DNA from: a virus
Lineage: Duplodnaviria; Heunggongvirae; Uroviricota; Caudoviricetes
Length of the DNA: 10,489 bases
IMG/VR virus record: IMGVR_UViG_2703718820_000012
Location: 1 to 10,489 of that record
Direction: 5' to 3' (one strand)
This document shows positions 1-7,642 of the stretch, in pieces. Position 1 is the stretch's first letter, and the number at the start of each line of letters is the position of its first letter. Both the position numbers and the translations under genes were made by a program. The notes beneath the pieces are model-generated. The model made no database searches and was not told the DNA's origin. It saw only the letters and a list, made by a program, of their open reading frames with translations.

Positions 1-1
1 G

Positions 2-688
2 GACCAGGAAAAATGGAGCGGCGACGGTGCCGGACTCAAGGCCATCACCGGCGGCGATGCGGTGTCCGTGGACCCGAAATACCGGGATGCGTACTCCACG
101 CATATCCCGGCGGTAATTCTGGCCGTGAACAATAACCCGATGCGCTTCACCGACCGCAGCGGCGGCGTGTCACGCCGGCGGGTGATTATTCACTTCCCGG
201 AACAGATAGCCCCGCAGGAGCGCGACCCGCAGCTTAAGGACAAAATCACCCGCGAGCTGGCGGTCATCGTGCGTCACCTGATGCAGAAGTTCAGCGACCC
301 GATGCTCGCCCGGTCACTGCTTCAGTCCCAGCAGAACTCAGACGAGGCGCTGAACATCAAACGGGATGCCGACCCGACGTTTGATTTTATCGGCTATCTG
401 GAAACCCTGCCGCAGACCAGCGGCATGTATATGGGGAACGCCAGTATCATCCCGCGCAATTACCGTAAATACCTCTATCACGCCTATCTGGCCTACATGG
501 AGGCAAACGGCTACCGGAATGTACTCAGTCTGAAAATGTTCGGGCTGGGGCTGCCGGTGATGCTGAAGGAATACGGACTGAATTACGAGAAGCGCCATAC
601 CAAACAGGGGATACAGACCAACCTGACGCTGAAAGAGGAAAGCTACGGCGACTGGCTGCCAAAATGTGACGACCCTGCAACAGCCTGA
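2..688 (+). CDS. P4 alpha-type primase/helicase, C-terminal portion (5' end upstream of window)
   Basis: Reading frame is open from the first base of the window (…DQEKWSGDGAGLKAITGGDAVSVDPKYRD…); the GTG at 62 chosen by the ORF track is internal, not a start. ILAVNNNP / RRRVIIHF segments resemble the end of an SF3 helicase core as in P4 alpha and D5-like primases. Stop TGA at 686-688 is followed by a strong terminator and TGTTCAC iterons, the binding motif of P4 alpha. Confidence 0.75.
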   Translation, partial: DQEKWSGDGAGLKAITGGDAVSVDPKYRDAYSTHIPAVILAVNNNPMRFTDRSGGVSRRRVIIHFPEQIAPQERDPQLKDKITRELAVIVRHLMQKFSDPMLARSLLQSQQNSDEALNIKRDADPTFDFIGYLETLPQTSGMYMGNASIIPRNYRKYLYHAYLAYMEANGYRNVLSLKMFGLGLPVMLKEYGLNYEKRHTKQGIQTNLTLKEESYGDWLPKCDDPATA

Positions 689-695
689 CCCACCT

Positions 696-720
696 GACCG
701 GCATCTGCCGGTCTTTTTTT
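696..720 (+). terminator. Rho-independent terminator of the primase gene
   Basis: GACCGGC (696-702) / GCCGGTC (707-713) 7-bp GC-rich stem, ATCT loop, then a run of seven T (714-720), starting 8 nt after the stop codon. Confidence 0.7.
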
Positions 721-738
721 ATCCCGACATCCCCCGAA

Positions 739-766
739 GGTGAACAATCCACTGTTCACTCTTCAC
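739..766. promoter_or_regulatory. Isolated iteron pair (GGTGAACA-N6-TGTTCAC inverted repeat) of crr/ori type
   Basis: GGTGAACA at 739-746 and TGTTCAC at 753-759 form an inverted repeat; a degenerate copy CTTCAC follows at 761-766. Same octamer family as the clustered repeats at 3037-3337. Confidence 0.5.
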
Positions 767-1149
767 TGTATATCCCCCGTACCAATATGAATTTAGTGAC
801 AAGAAAACATAAGTTGAACAGGAAAACCCAAAGAACTTTTTATCCCCCTCCAGACATTACCTGTCGCATCCATATTGAGCAAAAAATCTCATAGATAGAG
901 TGGTATTATTAACGTTTATCGCTTATCTAAATAGTAAAAACAAAATGCGATTCTAATTTTATTCACAGGGTAAATAACTGAAATTATCTAAATAACTATA
1001 AACCCCTCATATATATAAATAAATTATACCACATAACCAAAATACGATATTCTGCTGAGATCATTAAATTTAAGCTTATTTCAATGGCTATTACTCTAAA
1101 GATTTGTTAATAACCAGTCGTCATGAAAATATACTTACAGTTATGTTTA

Positions 1150-1158
1150 TGCTATAAT
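1150..1158 (+). promoter_or_regulatory. Candidate extended -10 promoter element (TGCTATAAT) for the HAD gene
   Basis: TGnTATAAT match 28 nt upstream of the ATG at 1186; no convincing -35 at proper spacing, which is tolerated by extended -10 promoters. Confidence 0.35.
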
Positions 1159-1185
1159 CAGTGACAAATATTTTGGGGAGGAATT

Positions 1186-1872
1186 ATGAAAATTTGTTTT
1201 TTCGATATGGAGGGGACTTTACTTGAAAAGAACTCATATTTAGATAATGGAAAAGTTGCACCGAGCGCGTGGACAGTACTTGCCAAAGAAATCAGCGAAG
1301 CTTGTTTTATTGAAGAGGAAAAAACAAAAGATTTATGGCTAGCTAATAAATATATCAGCTATACACAATGGATGAAAGAAACTGTTGAAATACAAATCAA
1401 ACATGGAATGAACAAAAATCACCTACAAACGGTATTATCTCAAGCGAAGATACAAAAAGGTGCTGTGGAACTTATTCATTATTTGAAAAGTCAAGGATAC
1501 TTAACAGTATTGATATCTGGTGGGTTTAAAGAATTAGCAGACCTAACTCAAAAGAGCCTAAAAATAGATCATGCATATAGTGCTTGTGAATATTTTTTTA
1601 GGAAAGATGGTAGCATTGAGCACTTCAATCTATTACCAACAGATGAGGAAGGGAAACTGGTCTTCATGAAACACCTTGCCTCTGAATATAACGTAGAACT
1701 TGAAAATTGTATTTTTGTTGGCGATGGGAAGAATGATGTTTTTATCGCCAAAAATGTAGGTACTTCTATAGCCTTCAATGCTCAGAGAGAATTAAGAGAA
1801 GTATCTACATTTATTGTAGACCAAGAAACACCTGATTTATCAGCGATTATTGACCTTATTAGAACTATTTAA
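1186..1872 (+). CDS. HAD-superfamily hydrolase, phosphoserine-phosphatase (SerB)-like
   Basis: Strong RBS (GGGGAGGA, 4-nt spacer) before ATG 1186. HAD motifs: I FFDMEGTL (Asp nucleophile, Glu at +2 instead of the usual Asp), II VLISGGF, III Lys in FMKHL, IV GDGKNDVFIAKNVGTSIAF, the last very like SerB GDGANDLPM…AG.GIAF. Visibly AT-rich compared with the flanks. Confidence 0.8.
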   Translation: MKICFFDMEGTLLEKNSYLDNGKVAPSAWTVLAKEISEACFIEEEKTKDLWLANKYISYTQWMKETVEIQIKHGMNKNHLQTVLSQAKIQKGAVELIHYLKSQGYLTVLISGGFKELADLTQKSLKIDHAYSACEYFFRKDGSIEHFNLLPTDEEGKLVFMKHLASEYNVELENCIFVGDGKNDVFIAKNVGTSIAFNAQRELREVSTFIVDQETPDLSAIIDLIRTI

Positions 1873-2673
1873 TCGATTTTGGAAGTCAAGTTTATCTTTA
1901 ACTATTTCCAGTTGTTCCTCTAACTGTTTTATCTTTGATTCAGACTGTAATTTGTACTGATTAAATTCATTTAAGTCAAATTTCTCTGAGAAATAGTAAT
2001 CTCTCCCAAAAGAAATTAGCGAGAGGAATAACCCAACAACAGCGATCATCGTTCCTATTTTAGTTATCGATATAATTGATAATTTTTCAGTTAGCTCTTT
2101 GCTTATCTGCTCTTTTAGAACTACTGGTTCTAAAAAAGTTTTAGGAAAATTACTTATATCTGAAACACGGTAAGATCTATATTCATTATATTGTTCTATA
2201 ACATCATAAGAACTAGGCACAGCAGAAGCCGGTTGATAATTTGGATTTTTTTCTATTTCATGGAATACAACTCTAAAGAAAGATTTATCTTGCTCACTAT
2301 CAGTAACTGGAAGATATTCCTCTACAGCTGAGAAATTAATTAACAGTGTTGATATCGGACCGTTATATCCAGAATCGATAATACCAGTATTGAGTGCAAG
2401 AAACCCCTTTTGCGATAATCTATTTTTTAAAAATACATATGCAATAAAACCCTCTGGCACATGAAGTATTTCTTCTGATATTACAAAAGCCGAATCTTGC
2501 GGTTTAAGTAAAGTTCTTCCGAGAGATCTTACATGATTTTTTTCATCTTTAAAAAGAATTTCCCTAATAGAAAGATCCACACTTGATTTATTAGAATAAT
2601 CTTTTGTGATTTTTTTGTTATATCTATCACAAACAAACCCATATTCAATTGCTTTTTGAGCACTAATCTGCAT
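1840..2673 (-). CDS. dUTPase/dCTP-deaminase-superfamily domain protein with predicted transmembrane helix and C-terminal coiled coil
   Basis: 277-aa ORF with AGGTGA RBS upstream of ATG (2671-2673). Central segment RLSQKGFLALNTGIIDSGYNGPISTLLINFS matches Dut motif III (GLIDSDYQGQLMISVWN) and the Dcd core (RIDPGWSG…LEFYN). Hydrophobic stretch LSIISITKIGTMIAVVGLFLSLISFG suggests one TM helix; the tail (KLQSESKIKQLEEQLEIVKDKLDFQNRL) is heptad-like. 3' end overlaps the HAD gene by 33 bp. Confidence 0.75.
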   Translation of the reverse strand: MQISAQKAIEYGFVCDRYNKKITKDYSNKSSVDLSIREILFKDEKNHVRSLGRTLLKPQDSAFVISEEILHVPEGFIAYVFLKNRLSQKGFLALNTGIIDSGYNGPISTLLINFSAVEEYLPVTDSEQDKSFFRVVFHEIEKNPNYQPASAVPSSYDVIEQYNEYRSYRVSDISNFPKTFLEPVVLKEQISKELTEKLSIISITKIGTMIAVVGLFLSLISFGRDYYFSEKFDLNEFNQYKLQSESKIKQLEEQLEIVKDKLDFQNRLNSSNKVNNR

Positions 2674-2893
2674 ACTTCACCTAACTTAGCTTATTCTATC
2701 GAACAATAATTGAATCACATAGTTATAATGTAACTAGACGAATATATCCAATGTTTTTGAATATATTATTGACGAAGCAAGTCAACTGATCAATACTGTG
2801 TATAAAAAAACAACATCTTCACCACATATAAAAAAAACATAAAATCATGGTACTACCTCAAAGTCCTGACTCCTGCTGAATTGCTTAATCATA

Positions 2894-2995
2894 AGAAGCG
2901 CCATACAAAACAGGGAATAAAGAGCAACCTGACGCAAAAAGAGGAAAGCTACGGCCACTGGCTGCCAAAATGTTACGCTCCTGCAACAACCCTAC
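2894..2995 (+). pseudogene. Relic of primase 3' end (direct-repeat copy 2); not an independent gene
   Basis: Encodes KKRHTKQGIKSNLTQKEESYGHWLPKCYAPATT, which parallels EKRHTKQGIQTNLTLKEESYGDWLPKCDDPATA at the end of the 2-688 gene. The original stop is lost, so the track ORF 2881-3093 reads through into terminator and iteron DNA. Confidence 0.65.
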
Positions 2996-2998
2996 CTA

Positions 2999-3022
2999 GA
3001 CCGTCCTCTGCCGGTCTTTTTT
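2999..3022 (+). terminator. Degenerate copy of the primase terminator
   Basis: GACCG (2999-3003) / CGGTC (3012-3016) stem, 8-nt loop, then a T run (3017-3022); positionally equivalent to 696-720. Confidence 0.4.
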
Positions 3023-3036
3023 ATCCCGGCCCCCCA

Positions 3037-3157
3037 GAAGATGAACAATCCACTGTTCACCTTTCACCGTATATTCACCTGTTATCATACTGAAATTAAA
3101 AGAGAAAAATGAAAGGTGAACAGTGTGAACAATCAAATCAAAAAAACTCTTTTCTCC
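3037..3157. repeat. crr-like replication element, 120-bp direct repeat unit 1 (TGTTCACC-type iterons)
   Basis: Contains TGTTCACC (3054-3061), TTTCACC, ATTCACC, and inverted GGTGAACA (3115-3122) / GTGTGAACA (3123-3131). Aligns nearly base-for-base with unit 2. Confidence 0.7.
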
Positions 3158-3215
3158 TTGTGTGATTTCAGTCCGGGGAATTAATCACCGGTATGAGTCA
3201 CACCGGCAGAATGCC

Positions 3216-3337
3216 GGAGGTGAAGAATCAAATGTTCACCCTTCACCCATTATTCACCACCTATCATACTGAAAGTAAAAGAGAAAACAGAAAGGTGAAC
3301 AGTGTGAACAGTTCTTTCGAAAAAAACTTTTTTCCTG
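3216..3337. repeat. crr-like replication element, 120-bp direct repeat unit 2
   Basis: TGTTCACC (3233-3240), CTTCACCC, ATTCACC, GGTGAACA (3294-3301), GTGTGAACA (3302-3310); offset 179 bp from unit 1. The ~58-bp spacer carries a hairpin CCGGCA-GAA-TGCCGG (3203-3217). Confidence 0.7.
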
Positions 3338-3620
3338 TACGATACAGCATCAATCAAAGTAAAAATGAGCTTTCATTCCACATTAACTTACAGCCATTGG
3401 TATACAATTAGGTATACGCACAAAAGCTGAATTAAATAAAATAATTAAAAATCAAAGAAATAAAATACTTATTCAAACTCCGCCAGCCCAATCATGATTG
3501 GACGGTGTAAGGACAACACCAACAAAAACAGGAAGTTAGCAGTCTCAGCAGGACACCGACCAGACGGTGAGGAGACAAAAAAGGATACGCAAAGGAGCCG
3601 CGGCTCTCGAGTGACACAAA

Positions 3621-3647
3621 AGCCCGCTTATGCGGGCTTTTTGTTTT
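3621..3647. terminator. Intrinsic terminator hairpin (A-tract / stem-loop / T-tract), orphan
   Basis: AGCCCGC (3621-3627) / GCGGGCT (3632-3638) stem with TTAT loop, preceded by AAAA and followed by TTTTTGTTTTT. No annotated CDS ends here. Confidence 0.55.
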
Positions 3648-3718
3648 TCCCTTAAGTTCCTAGCCGCTTATCTATAACTATGGAAAAATGTTAACCCTGA
3701 CTGTATGTTAACAAAGGG

Positions 3719-4933
3719 ATGTATATGTCGGTTTTTCATAACTGGCTGCTTGATATCGCAAGCGGGAATTACTTTATCTACATCAAACGCCTTTCTGCAA
3801 ACGACACAGGCGCAACAGGTGGCCATCAGGTCGGACTTTATATCCCCTCAAATATCGTTGAAAAGCTTTTTCCATCAATCAATCATACTCGCGAACTGAA
3901 CCCTTCAGTCTTCCTTACTGCGCATGTATCATCCCATGATTGCCCTGATACCCAAGCACGCGCAATTTATTACAACAACCGTTATTTTGGTAAGACCCGA
4001 AACGAAAAAAGAATTACGCGCTGGGGGAGAGGAAGTCCATTACAGAACCCTGAAAATACAGGAGCCCTCACAATTCTTGCTTTCAGGTTAAACGAACAGA
4101 ACACTGACTGTTCCGAGGTAGATATATGGGTCTGCGTCAATCCCGATGAAGAGGATATCATCGAGTCTGCTATTGGCGAAATCATACCTGGAACCCTAAT
4201 TTCCGGCCCTGCCGGACAAATTTTGGGCGGATTGTCTCTTCAGCAAACTCCAGTAAATCATAAATATGTTATTCCTGAAGACTGGAAGAAGCGTTTTCCT
4301 TCTGGAAACGAAATTATTCAATATGCTGCTGGCCATTATGCTAAAAACTCCAAGGATCCAGATGAGCAACTGATTGACCGTCGGCGTGTCGAGTATGATA
4401 TTTTTCTACTCGTCGAGGAATTACATGTTCTTGATATTATTAAGAAAGGATTCGATTCTGTAGATGAGTTTATTGCATTAGCCAACTCTGTCAGTAATCG
4501 ACGTAAATCAAGGGCAGGCAAATCACTTGAACTTCACCTAGAGAAGCTTTTTATCGAGCACGGACTACGGCATTTCTCCACTCAGGCAGTTACTGAAGGT
4601 AATAAAAAACCAGATTTCCTGTTTCCTTCAGCAGAGGCATATCATAACGTTGAATTTCCTGTAGAAAACTTACGTATGCTGGCAGTAAAGACCACCTGCA
4701 AAGATCGCTGGCGTCAGATACTGAATGAAGCAGATAAAATCCATCAGGTACATTTATTTACACTGCAAGAAGGTGTTTCTTCAGCACAATACCGAGAAAT
4801 GAAAGATGCGGGTGTCAGACTCGTTGTACCATCAACTTTACATAAAAAATACCCAGAAGCAGTTAGAGAAGAATTAATAACGCTCGGAGCATTCATTACT
4901 GAGCTGATAGAGCTTTACGCTGAACTATCATAG
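3719..4933 (+). CDS. ecoRIIR: Type IIE restriction endonuclease, EcoRII family (CCWGG)
   Basis: 404-aa ORF whose N-terminus (M-Y-MSVFHNWLLDIASGNYFIYIKRLSANDTGATGGHQVGLYIP…) I recognise as EcoRII; the length matches my recollection of R.EcoRII. It is convergent with a Dcm-like methyltransferase, as in the EcoRII system. Start ambiguity: ATG 3719 has a poorly spaced SD, ATG 3725 has AAGGGA at 5 nt. Confidence 0.85.
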   Translation: MYMSVFHNWLLDIASGNYFIYIKRLSANDTGATGGHQVGLYIPSNIVEKLFPSINHTRELNPSVFLTAHVSSHDCPDTQARAIYYNNRYFGKTRNEKRITRWGRGSPLQNPENTGALTILAFRLNEQNTDCSEVDIWVCVNPDEEDIIESAIGEIIPGTLISGPAGQILGGLSLQQTPVNHKYVIPEDWKKRFPSGNEIIQYAAGHYAKNSKDPDEQLIDRRRVEYDIFLLVEELHVLDIIKKGFDSVDEFIALANSVSNRRKSRAGKSLELHLEKLFIEHGLRHFSTQAVTEGNKKPDFLFPSAEAYHNVEFPVENLRMLAVKTTCKDRWRQILNEADKIHQVHLFTLQEGVSSAQYREMKDAGVRLVVPSTLHKKYPEAVREELITLGAFITELIELYAELS

Positions 4934-4938
4934 GCTGA

Positions 4939-4961
4939 CTCCCGGCTTAAAAGGCCGGGAG
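4939..4961. terminator. Inter-convergent hairpin, possible bidirectional terminator between R and M genes
   Basis: CTCCCGGC (4939-4946) / GCCGGGAG (4954-4961) perfect 8-bp stem with 7-nt loop, inside the 34-bp gap between the two stop codons. No clear T-tract. Confidence 0.4.
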
Positions 4962-4967
4962 ATGTTC

Positions 4968-6401
4968 TCAAGGCTGCCCAGTCTTACCAGCATCAGCAGA
5001 AACAGCTTTGAGGATATAGGGTTCCAGAAGTCTGGCAACAGCTTCAAATACTGGCACCACAACTGAGTTACCGAACTGCCGATATGACTGAGTATCTGAA
5101 ACCGGAATACGGAATGGTTTCCCTCCAGGTTTTTCAAATCCCATAAGGCGTGCACACTCTCGGGGAGTCAGCCTGCGTGGTCGACGAGCCTGATTACTCT
5201 CATTCATAAAGTCAGCCTCTCCCGTTGCCATATCCCAACCACGATCAATAAGAATTTCTGATCCGTCTTTGTGATATCTGGCAGAAAGTGTGCGTGCAAT
5301 GCTTTCCTTATTCTCAGGATTGACCAACCCAAAGCCAAAACCATTCCCCTTGGCTGCATGCTTTTTGGCGTAGTTATAAAGGTACTCCCATAGTTTTGGC
5401 GTAAGTATATATTTACTGTCGACTACAGGCTCCAGCAATTCACCAAATGATGGGCGGTGTTCCGGATAAAAACGACTGATATCACGCAAGGTAAACCCCT
5501 TGTGAATATTCAGATCTCGTCTAAATCCGACCAGAACAATGCGTTCACGATGCTGAGGCAAAAAATGCTTCCCATCGATAATCTTTGGATCGTTTTTTCC
5601 CATTTCTGCAGCATCGGCAACTTCGTAGCCCAGCTCGTCAAGGGTCTCCATAATCACTTTGAAAGTTTTACCCTTATCATGGCTCTTCAGATTTTTGACA
5701 TTTTCCAGCACAAAAATTGCCGGTTTTTTTGCTCGTATAATACGTGCCACGTCAAAAAAAAGTGTTCCTTGTGCTTCACATTCAAAACCATGCGCACGAC
5801 CAAGTGAGTTTTTCTTACTAACACCAGCAAGGCTAAATGGCTGGCACGGGAACCCCGCAAGAAGCACATCATGATCCGGCACATGCTCATCAATATATGC
5901 ATAAGCATCCGTTTCCAATACATCGGTTTTATCACTCAGCGTGACTTCCCGAATATCGAGATTGAATTTATGCACCTGTTCATCGTTAAACCAGTTGGCT
6001 TTGTATGTACGCACAGCATCTTTATTCCATTCACTGGTAAAAACACACTGGCCTCCAATGGCCTCAAAACCTTTCCGTATCCCTCCAATTCCAGCAAATA
6101 AGTCAATGAAGCGGAAAGCATATTCCGGATGGTTTGCAGGTGGTTCTGGTAGCATCTTACGCAGAAGAGACTCTTCTACTGAAGTCAACGATTTTGGTAA
6201 ACACTTGCCATTAATCCAGCGGTTAATGGTTTCACGGCTCCACTCATTTTTTCCGACTTTTCTCAGTAATTCAGCCACATACTTCTGATCATAGATTTCC
6301 AGCACTTTCTCGATAAGCTTTTTATCATTTTCCTGTCGCAGCTTTTCTTCCGCCTCGGCTTCCTTCAGCAGATGCTGTGCCAACACTTCAAATTCAGACA
6401 T
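4968..6401 (-). CDS. ecoRIIM: DNA (cytosine-5)-methyltransferase, M.EcoRII/Dcm family
   Basis: C5-MTase motifs: [32 protein letters not shown]-terminal [10 protein letters not shown]; strongly collinear with E. coli Dcm as I recall it. Start placed at the Met 15 codon (ATG at 6399-6401, GGAGG RBS with 4-nt spacer), giving 477 aa; the track's 491-aa start at 6443 has no RBS. Confidence 0.85.
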   Translation of the reverse strand: MSEFEVLAQHLLKEAEAEEKLRQENDKKLIEKVLEIYDQKYVAELLRKVGKNEWSRETINRWINGKCLPKSLTSVEESLLRKMLPEPPANHPEYAFRFIDLFAGIGGIRKGFEAIGGQCVFTSEWNKDAVRTYKANWFNDEQVHKFNLDIREVTLSDKTDVLETDAYAYIDEHVPDHDVLLAGFPCQPFSLAGVSKKNSLGRAHGFECEAQGTLFFDVARIIRAKKPAIFVLENVKNLKSHDKGKTFKVIMETLDELGYEVADAAEMGKNDPKIIDGKHFLPQHRERIVLVGFRRDLNIHKGFTLRDISRFYPEHRPSFGELLEPVVDSKYILTPKLWEYLYNYAKKHAAKGNGFGFGLVNPENKESIARTLSARYHKDGSEILIDRGWDMATGEADFMNESNQARRPRRLTPRECARLMGFEKPGGKPFRIPVSDTQSYRQFGNSVVVPVFEAVARLLEPYILKAVSADAGKTGQP

Positions 6402-6762
6402 AATTCCTCCAAGGGGTCTAATGGGTGAAACTTTATCACTCATTCAACCCAGAAGGAAATGTTTTATCTGGATATTTAAACAGTGACTACAACGTAATCT
6501 AGCACTGGTGATGCTTTGTTAGGCATAGAGAATCATTCTATATACGACTAATGACAGAAAAACAGCAGACAAGTAGTTTGTTCATAAATTAACGCATACT
6601 ATGTGTCTACGGTTTTCGAGACCGGTCCAATCATCAAACGAAACATAAAATTAGCTCACATTATGAGGAAAAGTATCTTTTTTGTACTATGTAAATTCAA
6701 AGGCTTAGCCTCATTTCTCCGATGGTTTTCTCAACACTACTGGTTGTGAGCCCTTGCAATGA

Positions 6763-7581
<819 letters not shown>

Positions 7582-7603
7582 GTCTTTAAGTGATAAGCAT
7601 AAA

Positions 7604-7642
7604 CCGCAGCACGATCTTCTTCCATACGACGTGCTACGGTTT
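7604..7642. terminator. Possible bidirectional terminator hairpin between convergent GIY-YIG and invertase genes
   Basis: CCGCAGCACG (7604-7613) / CGTGCTACGG (7630-7639), one mismatch, 16-nt loop, AAA upstream and TTT downstream. The long loop makes this weak. Confidence 0.3.

Larger units (their letters stand above)
588..780 (+). repeat. Direct repeat copy 1 (primase 3' end + terminator + first iterons)
   Basis: Aligns by eye with 2894-3085 at very roughly 85% identity with a few indels; identity not computed. Confidence 0.7.
2894..3085 (+). repeat. Direct repeat copy 2 (primase 3' relic + terminator copy + first iterons)
   Basis: Collinear with 588-780 by eye alignment. Confidence 0.7.

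Noticed and set aside
338-752. Two minus-strand ORFs (338-598, 525-752) inside and just after the primase gene
   Set aside because: Antisense to a well-supported CDS, no RBS, no recognisable motifs; the second runs through the terminator.
1569-1778. 69-aa minus-strand ORF inside the HAD gene
   Set aside because: Antisense to a motif-supported CDS; low-complexity translation from AT-rich DNA.
1186-2673. Toxin-antitoxin interpretation of the HAD/dUTPase-fold pair
   Set aside because: Neither protein resembles a known toxin or antitoxin family; both are enzyme-sized and convergent rather than co-transcribed. Kept only as an untested alternative.
2881-3093. 70-aa ORF called as a gene
   Set aside because: It is the decayed second copy of the primase 3' end reading through into terminator and iteron DNA after loss of the stop codon; annotated as a relic.
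3037-3337. Possible CRISPR array (regularly spaced repeats)
   Set aside because: Only two units, each ~120 bp with internal direct and inverted octamers and a 58-bp spacer; this is an iteron/crr architecture, not short repeats with unique spacers.
3193-3411. 72-aa ORF
   Set aside because: Lies entirely over the crr-like iteron repeats and the AT-rich spacer; no RBS; most plausibly a chance open frame in repeat DNA.
3705-4521. ORFs 3705-3899 (+), 3982-4185 (-), 4336-4521 (-)
   Set aside because: Alternative-frame or antisense ORFs within the EcoRII endonuclease gene.
4928-6288. Seven ORFs overlapping the methyltransferase gene on either strand (for example 5457-5807, 5687-5935, 5941-6288)
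   Set aside because: All are embedded in a gene carrying the complete C5-MTase motif set; none has a convincing start or RBS.
6402-6443. 14-codon N-terminal extension of the methyltransferase
   Set aside because: The GGAGG RBS sits in front of the internal ATG at 6399-6401, which gives the 477-aa length I recall for M.EcoRII/Dcm-type enzymes; the upstream ATG has no RBS.
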